The notes below the pieces were generated by a model. That model did no database searches, had not been told where the DNA came from, and was given only the letters and a program-made list of their open reading frames with translations. The position numbers and the translations under genes were made by a program. DNA of 62,054 bases, the filler included. It is 6 parts of 6 records of this genome, joined end to end, with 100 filler letters (N's around TTAATTAATTAA, not from the genome) between each part and the next. Parts side by side here need not be neighbours in the genome. Positions count along the whole stretch, not along the records: positions 22,322 to 33,445 come from DRR723986_20096; positions 33,546 to 54,299 come from DRR723986_20118; 4 more parts are not named here. The stretch is one strand, 5' to 3'. Of this stretch, positions 30,347 to 40,252 are shown in pieces. Positions within the stretch are counted from its first letter, which is position 1. Each line of letters starts with the position of its first letter.

Positions 30347-32434
30347 GTGACAAGTTCAATACAGCAGTCTGCCGAAAACACCACAAGTAGTGAACATAAT
30401 CCGCAACCAGTTCGCCCACATCAATTGCGTCGCCAAGTGTACGAAGAAGAAGACAAATCAATTCGCTTTCAACAACTCTGTGAACTTTGCCGCAAACAAT
30501 TAGGCGATGCACCGCGTGCACTACAAGCTGCGTCCGATGCTTTAGCGCTTGCGCAGGAACTGGGTGGTGAAGCACGTGCAGCTCAAGCCCATAACCTGAT
30601 TGGCCTTTGTTATCGCGAGCTTTCCAATTACCCGGCGGCTAAAAAGCACTACGAAAACTCGATCCAGCTGTACCGTACTTTAAAGGATGAAGCTGAAATC
30701 GGCAATGGTTTGTTTGGTCTTGGGACGGTTTACAGGCAAACCCGCGAATTTGAAAAAGCGATCGACGCATTTATCACCAGTCTGAATATCCATTCTTCGC
30801 ATGGTGATCGTGTTGGCGAAAGCAAAACACTAAATTCTCTAGGTCTTGTTTATGCTGAATTAGGCGATTTTCTTAAGGCCATCGATTATCTACACAAAAG
30901 CCTAACTATTCGTGAGTCATTTGCCAAAGGTGGCCCAGGCATCGGCAGCACCTTAAATAATCTCGGCCTTGTATATGCTGAGTTAAACGACAGTAGAGAA
31001 GCTCTCAAGTACTTTGAACGCAGCCTCGATCAATTTGTTCATGATAATAACACGCGGGCATATGCAGTCTGCCTTGGTAATATTGGAGAAGTATATCTCT
31101 CTATCAGTGATGAAAACCAAGCACTCCGCTACCTCGAAAATTCTTTGCAAGTCTGCCGCAAACTTGAAGACCTGACCGGCCAGACACAAATGCTGATCAC
31201 GATTGGTCAGCTAATGAATAGTCGCGACAATTCCAAAGAAGCGTACGCTGCAATCGAAGAGGCGAACACCCTCGCCCACAAAGTTGGTGATCGCCTGCGC
31301 ATCGGCCAATCCAGTTTTTATCTCGGCAAATTTTACGCTGCTGATGGCAGACATCAGCTCGCGCTCGAATTCCTTGAGACAGCATTACGTACGGCTGAAG
31401 AAATTGCCGACAAGAATTTGGAATATCAAGTGCACGAAGCTCTGTCTTCTGTGCACGAGGAATTAGGCGACCTACCCGAAGCACTTAAACACTCGCGCGC
31501 CTATGCCGAATCGCGTAAAGACGTGCTCGCGGCCGTCAACGAACGTACCGTTGCCGCCATGCAGGCGCGCTTTAATGTTGAACAAACTGAAAAGCAGAAA
31601 GAAATCATTCGCCTGCGCAATGTTGAGTTAACAAATGCGCTGCATAAAGTCGAATCGCTCAACAAGCACCTGGTAGACCTTAACGATGAAAAGGATATGC
31701 TCCTCAGCATCCTTTCACACGACCTGCGCAACTCGCTCCAGGTCGTTGATTCTTCAGTCACGATGCTGCAACGCTACGGAACGCGCATCGATGACAATGA
31801 GAAAGAACAAAACTACAAGTCTATCCTCGGTGCTGTTACACGCATCAACACAATTATTGGCAACCTGCTTAAGTTAAACAGAATTGAATCCGGCCACTGG
31901 GAAATGCAGCCGCTCCCCGTTGACCTGTTTGAAGTCACTTCTGAAGCAGTCCAGGATTATATCGAACAGGCACACAAGAAAATGATCACTCTCCAGCTGC
32001 AATCCGAAGAGTCAATCGGCTTCATCCGCGCCGATAAACTCGCGCTGCGCAGCATCGTGGAGAACCTGATCTCAAACGCTATCAAATTCTCACCCAAAGA
32101 CAAACAAATTGATGTTAATGTGTACCGCCGTGAAAAGTTCGTCGGCTTCAGTGTTGCCGATCAGGGACAAGGCTTTTCTTCACATGACAAAGACAAATTA
32201 TTCACCAAGTTTGCACGCCTGAGTTCCAAACCCACAGCCGGTGAAATTTCAACCGGTCTGGGACTCTCAATTGTTAAGAAACTGATAGACCTGCACCGTG
32301 GTACAATTCGCCTGGAGAGCACTAAAGGCAAAGGCTCAACCTTTTTTGTTGAATTCCCCATCCTCGAAAAACACGAGCAAGACTCCACAGAGAACGGCTC
32401 AAAAAAGTGGCACAATACGAAGTCAGATAGTTAA
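30347..32434 (+). CDS. Soluble TPR-repeat sensor histidine kinase
   Basis: About 8 TPR-like repeats (e.g. LNSLGLVYAELG, LNNLGLVYAEL), coiled coil, HisKA SHDLRNSL, HATPase NLISNAIKF/DQGQG/TGLGL; no signal peptide or TM segment evident. Confidence 0.92.
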   Translation: MTSSIQQSAENTTSSEHNPQPVRPHQLRRQVYEEEDKSIRFQQLCELCRKQLGDAPRALQAASDALALAQELGGEARAAQAHNLIGLCYRELSNYPAAKKHYENSIQLYRTLKDEAEIGNGLFGLGTVYRQTREFEKAIDAFITSLNIHSSHGDRVGESKTLNSLGLVYAELGDFLKAIDYLHKSLTIRESFAKGGPGIGSTLNNLGLVYAELNDSREALKYFERSLDQFVHDNNTRAYAVCLGNIGEVYLSISDENQALRYLENSLQVCRKLEDLTGQTQMLITIGQLMNSRDNSKEAYAAIEEANTLAHKVGDRLRIGQSSFYLGKFYAADGRHQLALEFLETALRTAEEIADKNLEYQVHEALSSVHEELGDLPEALKHSRAYAESRKDVLAAVNERTVAAMQARFNVEQTEKQKEIIRLRNVELTNALHKVESLNKHLVDLNDEKDMLLSILSHDLRNSLQVVDSSVTMLQRYGTRIDDNEKEQNYKSILGAVTRINTIIGNLLKLNRIESGHWEMQPLPVDLFEVTSEAVQDYIEQAHKKMITLQLQSEESIGFIRADKLALRSIVENLISNAIKFSPKDKQIDVNVYRREKFVGFSVADQGQGFSSHDKDKLFTKFARLSSKPTAGEISTGLGLSIVKKLIDLHRGTIRLESTKGKGSTFFVEFPILEKHEQDSTENGSKKWHNTKSDS

Positions 32435-32464
32435 CATTCTTCGAGCCTGAATCGCAATTCAATT

Positions 32465-33157
32465 TCAGCTGTCAAACTCATACAACTCAAGCAGTTCACG
32501 CAGGATCATGGCCGTCGCGCCCCAAAGTGGCACGTCGCGATGCACGTTCCAAAATGGATATCGCACCGTCTGCCCCTTAAAGTCCTGCTCACGCCATTGG
32601 ACCGCATTTGGCTGCTTCAGATTTCCCAGGGGCACACTAAAGGCCTCTTCAACCTCTTCTTCTTGCAGGCGTACGGCAAACTGGCCGTGATGAAAGCCCA
32701 GAATCGGATAAACAATATTCCGCGAAACCGGTATATATAGTGGTGTCATCTCGCCAATAACTTCAACGTCTTTTTCTCTGATGCCGACTTCTTCGCAGGC
32801 TTCGCGCATTGCCGCCTGCTGCACATTTTCATTGGAATCGATTCCACCACCCGGCAGACTAATCTGACCGCCATGATGGTTTAAACGCCGACTGCGAACT
32901 GTTAACAAAACCTTGAGAGCAGCCGATTCATCCGCAGTGGCCGATACTTTCTTTTTTGCTTGTTCAGGATAGAGCTCCGCCGTGTGCAGGAGCAATAGGA
33001 CGGCACTCCTGCGTACTTTGGCGTTCGCACCAGGAATCCGTTGACGCTCGCGTCCTCCATCCGGTGCCATCTGCACCTGTGCATCCCAACCAGGCAGGGG
33101 TTGCGAAAGCCGCGTTCGCAGCCAGTCCAGTTTGTCGCTACTCATGTCTCTTTCCAC
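32465..33157 (-). CDS. Nudix CoA pyrophosphatase (NudL/YeaB family)
   Basis: LLTVRS..L.HHGGQISLPGG, AMREACEEVG, LWGATA. Confidence 0.88.
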   Translation of the reverse strand: MERDMSSDKLDWLRTRLSQPLPGWDAQVQMAPDGGRERQRIPGANAKVRRSAVLLLLHTAELYPEQAKKKVSATADESAALKVLLTVRSRRLNHHGGQISLPGGGIDSNENVQQAAMREACEEVGIREKDVEVIGEMTPLYIPVSRNIVYPILGFHHGQFAVRLQEEEVEEAFSVPLGNLKQPNAVQWREQDFKGQTVRYPFWNVHRDVPLWGATAMILRELLELYEFDS

Positions 33158-33289
33158 TCACTACAACAGCACAACTCTCACACAACAGCACACAATTGTA
33201 TGTTGATTAAGACTGCGGGCCAGATATCTGCGGACGAGAGTCTTAAACATGCCTTGTACTGCAAAACCCTTCAACCGTCATTCCAGGAC

Positions 33290-33321
33290 AAAAAAAAGGC
33301 GGACCACATGGGTCCGCCTTC
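33290..33321 (-). terminator. Rho-independent terminator on the minus strand
   Basis: AAGGCGGACC-ACATG-GGTCCGCCTT preceded on + by an A-run (U-tract on -). Confidence 0.75.
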
Positions 33322-33363
33322 TATTTACACGATCATCGTCGCTGAATCACTTCAGCGTTCTGA

Positions 33364-33445
33364 TCATTTTGATTCGCTGTCGTCAGCATCGTCGGAAGCA
33401 GGTGCTTCGTCAGTTGCAGGTGCTTCTGGAGCAGCTTCTTCAGCG
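33364..33445 (-). CDS. C-terminal fragment of an acidic Ala/Glu/Pro-rich protein
   Basis: Minus frame AEEAAPEAPATDEAPASDDADDSESK-stop, followed by a terminator. Confidence 0.55.
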
Positions 33446-33545
33446 NNNNNNNNNNNNNNNNNNNNNNNNNNNNNNNNNNNNNNNNNNNNTTAATTAATTA
33501 ANNNNNNNNNNNNNNNNNNNNNNNNNNNNNNNNNNNNNNNNNNNN

Positions 33546-33800
33546 ACGACTTGGGTTCTCACGACTTGGGTTCTCGAGCTCAGGTTTCTCTGACTCGGCG
33601 TCTTCGTCGCTGTGCCCTGATTCTTCAACTGCGGACCATGCCTCAGGCAGCCTGGAATTTTCCGCAATCGGATTCGCGCTCGGGCCTCGGAACTGAGGCC
33701 AGTCCTGCGACGAGGTCTGTGCGTTGATCCGAGTTTGCACAGTGAGCAACATCGCCAACGCTAAGAAGCAAGCTTCGTGTAAGAGTGTCTGGAAGCGCAT
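33546..33800 (-). CDS. N-terminal fragment of a planctomycete PQQ-like beta-propeller family protein
   Basis: Signal peptide followed by DWPQFRGP, typical of this family; 15-nt tandem repeat (ENPSR x2) at the contig break. Confidence 0.7.
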
Positions 33801-34305
33801 GATGATTTAGGTTTCCGATGAGTTGTCGTGAAGCCGCCACTTGCTGGTTTCTGCGGTTGCAGCAGCGGGCATTGTAACTGTGCAACAGAGCTGGCGTCGA
33901 TAATGCGCCGTTCAAGTGATCCTCAATGCAGTGGTTCGTAGTGCAGTGGTTCGCAATACAGTGATGACGTTAGGGATCACTGTCGCTGGCCGCAACGCTT
34001 GATCACTGCAGACAATTCCTCAGCCACGTGGGCGCGATTGATTCGCCACCGTCACAGAGATCGTGAAGTAGCTATGAGTGTGATCACGATCATAGCCGAG
34101 ACCGATATTGAATTTGCCGGGCAATCTGATCGCTTTTTACACTTGCGGGGTATCACCCTGGTTAGCTAAATCCGTTATATTGCGGTTCGAAAAGTGTGAG
34201 GGTTGGTAGCCGATTTTGGGGCAGGGGCGACCTGTACTGCCAAACAGTTACTCAGTCCGACAACGTCACGAACGATCTCAATTCGCTTTCAACGTTCTGG
34301 TAACC

Positions 34306-35187
34306 ATGAGCCAAAACAGCCTGGACTTCTTCACTCGGCATGAGTTCTTAATTCGTCGATTGCATTCGTTGTCTGGGCTTGTCCCCGTGGGGGCCTACAT
34401 GACGGTTCACTTAATTGTGAACGCGTCGTTGCTCAATGGTGCGAATACTTTCCAGTCGAATGTGAACAACATTCATGCACTCGGCGCACTGTTGCCGCTT
34501 GTTGAGTGGTCGTTCATCTTCTTGCCGATTATCTTCCACGCCGCAGTTGGCGTTTGGATCATTCGGACCGGGAAGTCTAATCACGACAACTACCGATATG
34601 TTGCCAACTGGCGGTATACGCTCCAGCGTTGGACGGGCGTGATCGCGGTGCTGTTTATCTTCGCCCACGTCTTTCACTTGCACGGTTGGTTTCACACCGA
34701 TTGGTGGCTTCAGAAAGTCGCCGAGCCATTCGGTGGTGCTCAGTTTAGACCTTACAACGCTGCCAGTACTCTAGCGTCGGCAATGAGCGGCTTTCTTTGG
34801 CCGATCTTTTACGTGATCGGGATCGTCGCCTGTGTGTTCCACTTTGCCAACGGCATTTGGACAATGGGTATTTCTTGGGGCGTATGGATCAGCCCGAAGG
34901 CCCAGCAGAATGCGTCCTACATTTGTGCTGCATTCGGCGGTTTGCTGCTGGTCGCTGGTCTCAGCTCACTGTTTGCAGCGAAAACGACTGACGTAGAAGC
35001 TGCCAAGGCAGTTGAAGACAGCATGTACGAAGCGAAGGTTGCATCCGGCGAGTTGACCCCAAATCCGCACAAGCGGACCGATGGTGAAGGGCACGGTGAT
35101 TCCGACGACGAAGCAGATGAATCCGAAGGTGATTCTGAACCCGACGGCGCCGACGACGAGGTGGCTGCTGAAGAGGCCAACCATTAG
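34306..35187 (+). CDS. sdhC: Succinate dehydrogenase cytochrome b558 subunit (single dihaem anchor) with acidic C-terminal tail
   Basis: RRLHSLSGLVP, haem-His segments FHAAVG, AHVFHLH and FHFANG, QRWTG; upstream of sdhAB. Confidence 0.9.
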   Translation: MSQNSLDFFTRHEFLIRRLHSLSGLVPVGAYMTVHLIVNASLLNGANTFQSNVNNIHALGALLPLVEWSFIFLPIIFHAAVGVWIIRTGKSNHDNYRYVANWRYTLQRWTGVIAVLFIFAHVFHLHGWFHTDWWLQKVAEPFGGAQFRPYNAASTLASAMSGFLWPIFYVIGIVACVFHFANGIWTMGISWGVWISPKAQQNASYICAAFGGLLLVAGLSSLFAAKTTDVEAAKAVEDSMYEAKVASGELTPNPHKRTDGEGHGDSDDEADESEGDSEPDGADDEVAAEEANH

Positions 35188-35482
35188 AACGCCGCGAGTA
35201 GCGCTCGTTGGCTTGGTTGCGCCGCATGTCTGAATCACGGTAAACAAAGTGGACAGCAGACAATCGAAACGGCAAGAACGCGAAGACCGAAGAATAAGTG
35301 TGTAGGGTCAAAGATTACAGTGGCAGACTCGCGAGACTGGACTCGAGCCGTAAGCTGAGAACGAAAAGCCACTCTAGAAACTAGCAGACCTTTCGAAGCA
35401 GACCTTTAAAACTGTTTAGCAAGACTTTCAGGCCTCCCAGTGCGTGAGGCATTCTTGATTTCAAGAGAAACAGACAGAAACG

Positions 35483-37456
35483 ATGTCGAAAAAACGTATT
35501 GTCGTAATTGGTGGTGGTCTCGCAGGTTTGGCTGCCACGATGAAGCTCTGCGAGCTAGGCATTCCGGTCGACTTGATTAGCCTGACGCCCGTGAAACGCT
35601 CGCACAGCGTTTGCGCGCAGGGTGGGATCAACAGTTGCAACGACCAAACGCGTCAACTTGGCGATTCGGAGTTGAAGCACTTCGATGACACCGTCTACGG
35701 CGGGGACTTTCTCCAGCACCAACCGCCCGTGAAAGAGATGGCCTACTGGGCGCCAAAGGTGATCGATCTCATGGATCGACTTGGCGTGACCTTCAATCGT
35801 ACCCAAGAGGGTTTCCTTGACCGTCGACGATTCGGTGGAACGCTTTACAAGCGGACCGCATTCGCCGGCGCGACCACTGGGCAGCAGTTGTTGTACGCAC
35901 TGGATGAGCAAGTGCGACGCTGGGAATCCCAGGGAATGGTCAACAAGTACGAATTCTGGGACTTCCTCGGACCAATTCAAGACGCATCGGGACGTTGCGT
36001 TGGCGCTGTCGCTCAAGACATGGTGTCGATGGAAATTCGGTCGTTTCCAGCGGATGCTGTCATCGCCGCCACTGGCGGTTGCGGTTTGATCTACGGCCGT
36101 TCGACGATGAGCGTCTTTTGCAACGGTAGCGCGGCAAGCCGATGCATGCTGGCCGGTGCCAAGTACGGCAATGCCGAGTTCATTCAGGTGCACCCGACTG
36201 CAATACCCGGTGCGGACAAACTGCGTTTGATGAGCGAGTCCGCTCGTGGCGAGGGTGGACGCGTTTGGGTTCCACGCACTCCTCAAGACAGCCGAGCGCC
36301 AAAATCGATTCCAGAGAACGAACGCTACTACTTCCTCGAAGAGCGTTATCCTGAGTACGGGAACCTAGTGCCGCGTGACATCGCGACTCGTGAGATCTTC
36401 AATATTTGCGTCAACGAAGGACTCAGTGTCGAAGCTGGACGGATGTGCGTCTACCTTGATTTGACGCACATCGAGCGGAAGGAGCTCGACCGTAAGCTTG
36501 GCGGCATCCTGGAAATCTATGAGAAATTCCAGGGCGTCGACCCTCGCGATGTTCCCATGAAGATCTTCCCCGCTGTTCACTATTCAATGGGCGGGCTGTG
36601 GGCAAACTACGACAAGAATAGCGATGGTGGTTTGACACCAGCCAGTCCTATCAACCAGATGACCAACATCGAGGGACTCTACGCAATCGGTGAGTGTGAT
36701 TACCAGTACCACGGTGCGAACCGACTCGGCGCGAACTCATTGTTGAGCTGCATATTTAGCGGACTTTTCGTCGGCCCCGGCGTGAAGAACTATATCGACA
36801 ACACGACAGGCGCAGCCACCGAGATGGCACCCGCAATCTTCCAAGGTGCCTTGGCCAAGCAAGAGGAACGCCATGCGAACCTGCTCAGCGGAAGTGGCGG
36901 CGAGAATCCTTACTTGATTCACCAAGAACTTGGTGATGTGATGACTCGTGCGGCAACCGTTGTTCGCCGCAACGATCAACTGGATGAAGCCTACCAGAAG
37001 GTGGACGATTTGCACCGTCGTTCCGACTCATGTTCGCTGGCCGACGGTGGCAGTTGGACGAACCAAAACGTTATCTTCACCAAAGCGCTCCAAGACATGT
37101 TCCCGATCGCGAAATCGATCCTCAAGGGAGCTCGCATGCGGGATGAGTGTCGTGGGGCACACTACAAGCCTGAATTTGCGATGCCAAGCCTCAAGTCAGA
37201 AGACCCTGCGGGCCGTCGAGCGGAGGCAGAGCAGTGGTGCGATAAGTTCCAAGACAACATCACCAAGTATCTGAAATCTTCCATTTCGACTCTGAAGGGT
37301 CGTGATCCGGAGATCACCTACGAAGATGTGGACACTGGCGGAATCCCACCTCGGCCGCGTCTGTATGGTCTCGTCGGTGCCGAAGTCATTGATGAAGTTT
37401 GGACTGAGCGTCAAAAAAAAACAAAGACAAATGACGCTGTCGCCGCGTCGACCTAG
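35483..37456 (+). CDS. sdhA: Succinate dehydrogenase flavoprotein subunit
   Basis: GGGLAG, covalent-FAD RSHSVCAQGGIN, QVHPT, SESARGEGG, HYSMGG, HGANRLGANSL. Confidence 0.97.
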   Translation: MSKKRIVVIGGGLAGLAATMKLCELGIPVDLISLTPVKRSHSVCAQGGINSCNDQTRQLGDSELKHFDDTVYGGDFLQHQPPVKEMAYWAPKVIDLMDRLGVTFNRTQEGFLDRRRFGGTLYKRTAFAGATTGQQLLYALDEQVRRWESQGMVNKYEFWDFLGPIQDASGRCVGAVAQDMVSMEIRSFPADAVIAATGGCGLIYGRSTMSVFCNGSAASRCMLAGAKYGNAEFIQVHPTAIPGADKLRLMSESARGEGGRVWVPRTPQDSRAPKSIPENERYYFLEERYPEYGNLVPRDIATREIFNICVNEGLSVEAGRMCVYLDLTHIERKELDRKLGGILEIYEKFQGVDPRDVPMKIFPAVHYSMGGLWANYDKNSDGGLTPASPINQMTNIEGLYAIGECDYQYHGANRLGANSLLSCIFSGLFVGPGVKNYIDNTTGAATEMAPAIFQGALAKQEERHANLLSGSGGENPYLIHQELGDVMTRAATVVRRNDQLDEAYQKVDDLHRRSDSCSLADGGSWTNQNVIFTKALQDMFPIAKSILKGARMRDECRGAHYKPEFAMPSLKSEDPAGRRAEAEQWCDKFQDNITKYLKSSISTLKGRDPEITYEDVDTGGIPPRPRLYGLVGAEVIDEVWTERQKKTKTNDAVAAST

Positions 37457-37523
37457 TCTCAGTCTGCCCCGAACACTTTTATACACTTGTAGCACGTAGC
37501 CGAACCTGGAACGGATAACAGCG

Positions 37524-38381
37524 ATGATTGCTCCTGAAACCAGCGACGATTTTGCACAGCCCGTCAGCGTGAATGTTCGTATTCTTCGTCAGGACGGACC
37601 TGGTCAGCCCTCCTACTGGGAACGACACCAGGTTCCCTACGAAGAGAATATGAACGTCATCAGTGTGCTGCAACGAATTGCGGCCCAAGCCAAGACGGTC
37701 GAAGGCAAGTCTGTCGCCCCCGTTGCCTGGGACTGCGGCTGCCTAGAAGAAGTGTGCGGCTCGTGCACGATGGTGATCAACGGCAAAGTGCGGCAAAGCT
37801 GCTCTGCGTTGGTGGACCGACTTCTGGAAGACGAGCCCACGGAGATTGAACTTCGTCCCATGACGAAGTACCCAGTAATCCGTGACCTGCACGTTGATCG
37901 TTCGCGACTCTTCCGAGCGCTTCAAAAGGTCAAAGCCTGGGTACCCGTCGACAGCTACAACGACATGGGGCCTGGTCCCAAGCAATCACGTGGTGAACAA
38001 GAGTACAGCTATCCACTCAGCCAATGCATGAGCTGCGGCTGCTGCATGGAAGCATGTCCCCAGTATCAAAAAATTGAACTGCATCGACGCCCTGGCGAAA
38101 CCGAAGAGCAATTCGAGCAGCGTAAGGCGGAAGCATACGACGGCGCGTTCCTTGGTGCCGCTCCGATCAGCCAAGCTGTGCTCTTCAACGCGCACCCGAC
38201 TGGGAAGAATATGGCTGACGAACGCGTCGAAGCACTGACTGAGCCTGGTGGAATTCAAGCCTGCGGAAATGCACAGAATTGTGTTTCCGTTTGCCCGAAA
38301 GAAATTCCGCTGACGCGATCCATCGGTAAGGCTGGCCGGGCTGCAACGGTTCATTCGATTAAGAAGCTGTTTGATCGGTAG
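37524..38381 (+). CDS. sdhB: Succinate dehydrogenase iron-sulfur subunit
   Basis: CLEEVCGSC (2Fe-2S), CMSCGCCMEACP (4Fe-4S), CGNAQNCVSVCP (3Fe-4S). Confidence 0.97.
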   Translation: MIAPETSDDFAQPVSVNVRILRQDGPGQPSYWERHQVPYEENMNVISVLQRIAAQAKTVEGKSVAPVAWDCGCLEEVCGSCTMVINGKVRQSCSALVDRLLEDEPTEIELRPMTKYPVIRDLHVDRSRLFRALQKVKAWVPVDSYNDMGPGPKQSRGEQEYSYPLSQCMSCGCCMEACPQYQKIELHRRPGETEEQFEQRKAEAYDGAFLGAAPISQAVLFNAHPTGKNMADERVEALTEPGGIQACGNAQNCVSVCPKEIPLTRSIGKAGRAATVHSIKKLFDR

Positions 38382-38408
38382 TCGAATACCGGTTGCGGCA
38401 TTGAGGCA

Positions 38409-39440
38409 TTGTCGGAGTGCTCACGCGTGAAGAAAGCAGCTCTGACGACCCTCAAAGTCGTTGCACCAATTGCCCTGCTGGGCTATTTGCTGATCAATGT
38501 CCCGCCGGAAGACTACGAAGCGTTTTGGAATCAACCTAAGCGTTGGTCGTTGCTACTGGCTGCACAGTTCCTGGCGCTGACCGCAATCTGCATCAGCTTT
38601 TTCCGCTGGTTTCTCTTGGTACGGACCTTTGGCATTCCATTCCGGCTCGTCGAAGCCCTCCGATTGGGATTCCTGGGGTACATGCTCAATTTCGTGTCGT
38701 TCGGCAGCGTCGGCGGCGATCTCTTCAAAGCAATTTTGGTTGCCAGAGACAAACCCGCCGCGCGGCCTGAGGCGGTCGCCAGCGTACTGCTCGATCGGGC
38801 AATTGGGCTCCTTGGCTTGATAATACTCGCCTGGCTAACACTGATGGTCATACCGAACGATCGGCTCTCGGACGTTCTCAAGGCAATTCGTTGGGGCGCG
38901 GGCTGTGTCGTTGTCACGGCGGTAAGCGGCCTTGTGGTGGCTCTGTTCTCTGGTGCTTGGTTCGATAGCTGGCTTGGGCTGTTCAAGAAGATTCCCTTGC
39001 TGGGAGATACGCTCTGGCGAATGGCCCACGCGGTTAGGCAGTTGCGAAACAGCAAACTCAGATTCTTACTTCTAGTCGCTCTCGCGGTAACCGTCCATAC
39101 GTTGCTTGCCGTAACCATCTTCCTGATTTCAGCAGGCGTCTACGAGCAGCATCCGACTCTACAGGAGCATTTGGTTGTTGTGCCACCGGGGATGGCTGCT
39201 GGCGCACTACCACTTGCGCCAGGGGGAGTCGGAGTACAGGAGACCGCGCTCAGTCAGCTTTTTGAACAGTTGCCCAATTTGCCCGAATACTTCTCGGGGA
39301 TGCTGGTCGCTTCAGTTTACAGAATCGTCACGATTGGAATTTGTGGCATCGGAGTTGTCTTGTATTGGCTCAGTCATGGTCGCGAGTTTGAGTTCGTCAA
39401 GAAACGCGCCAAGCTGGATGGCGACGTGCCTGCCGAATAG
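38409..39440 (+). CDS. Lysylphosphatidylglycerol synthase TM-domain (UPF0104/flippase-like) membrane protein
   Basis: FRW..L, GGDLFKA, SVLLDR.IGL, PLAPGGVGVQE, YRIVT; multiple TM segments. Confidence 0.85.
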   Translation: MSECSRVKKAALTTLKVVAPIALLGYLLINVPPEDYEAFWNQPKRWSLLLAAQFLALTAICISFFRWFLLVRTFGIPFRLVEALRLGFLGYMLNFVSFGSVGGDLFKAILVARDKPAARPEAVASVLLDRAIGLLGLIILAWLTLMVIPNDRLSDVLKAIRWGAGCVVVTAVSGLVVALFSGAWFDSWLGLFKKIPLLGDTLWRMAHAVRQLRNSKLRFLLLVALAVTVHTLLAVTIFLISAGVYEQHPTLQEHLVVVPPGMAAGALPLAPGGVGVQETALSQLFEQLPNLPEYFSGMLVASVYRIVTIGICGIGVVLYWLSHGREFEFVKKRAKLDGDVPAE

Positions 39441-39697
39441 CCCGCGGATGCTTGTTGTCTGAACTAAAAGAAGGCTGAACACTTACTGTGGGCGATGCCG
39501 GTCGCACACGCCACCTGCTGACCACCGGCGGTTTAGGCTGCTTGGCCGGGTGACTTTGAGCGGTCTTGCAAGTGGTTGCGGTCCGACCTGTGACCGCGAT
39601 AATGGGGTGCCCGTGAACTCTGTCGAGTCGCTGGAACTCTATCGATTCGCTGCCTCACCTCCATTGTGCCATTGGTACCAAAGACCTCGCAAGAATC

Positions 39698-40252
39698 ATG
39701 AAAATACACGCCACGACGATTCTTTCGGTACGCTACGGCAACACGGTTGCCCTGGGCGGTGATGGTCAGGTAACGCTCGACAAGACGATCATGAAGAGCG
39801 ACGCCACCAAAGTGCGAAAGTTGGCCGGCGGCAAAGTGGTCGTCGGCTTCGCTGGCGGAGCAGCCGACGCGTTCGCATTGTTGGACCGCTTTGAGGCGAA
39901 GTTGAAGGACTATCCGGCCAATTTGCCACGTGCTGCAACGGAGCTTGCCAAGGAATGGCGCAGTGATCGAGCGCTGCGTAGACTGGAGGCGGTCCTCATT
40001 GCAGTGGACGCATCCTACAGCCTTCTTGTCAGTGGGACGGGCGATGTGATTCAGGCGACCGACGGTATCCTGGGCATCGGCTCAGGGGGCAATTACGCAA
40101 TCGCAGCCGCTCGAGGCCTCGTTCGAAATACACAGTTAAACGCTGCGGAGATTGTGAAGCAGAGCCTCCAGATTGCTGGCGAGCTAGATATCTATTCAGG
40201 TGGCACGATCGTCGTCGAAGAACTCGAAAACAAGGCCAATCAGGCATCATGA
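39698..40252 (+). CDS. hslV: ATP-dependent protease peptidase subunit HslV
   Basis: N-terminal HATTI (catalytic Thr), GDGQVT, GFAG.AADA, IGSGG.YA. Confidence 0.96.
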   Translation: MKIHATTILSVRYGNTVALGGDGQVTLDKTIMKSDATKVRKLAGGKVVVGFAGGAADAFALLDRFEAKLKDYPANLPRAATELAKEWRSDRALRRLEAVLIAVDASYSLLVSGTGDVIQATDGILGIGSGGNYAIAAARGLVRNTQLNAAEIVKQSLQIAGELDIYSGGTIVVEELENKANQAS

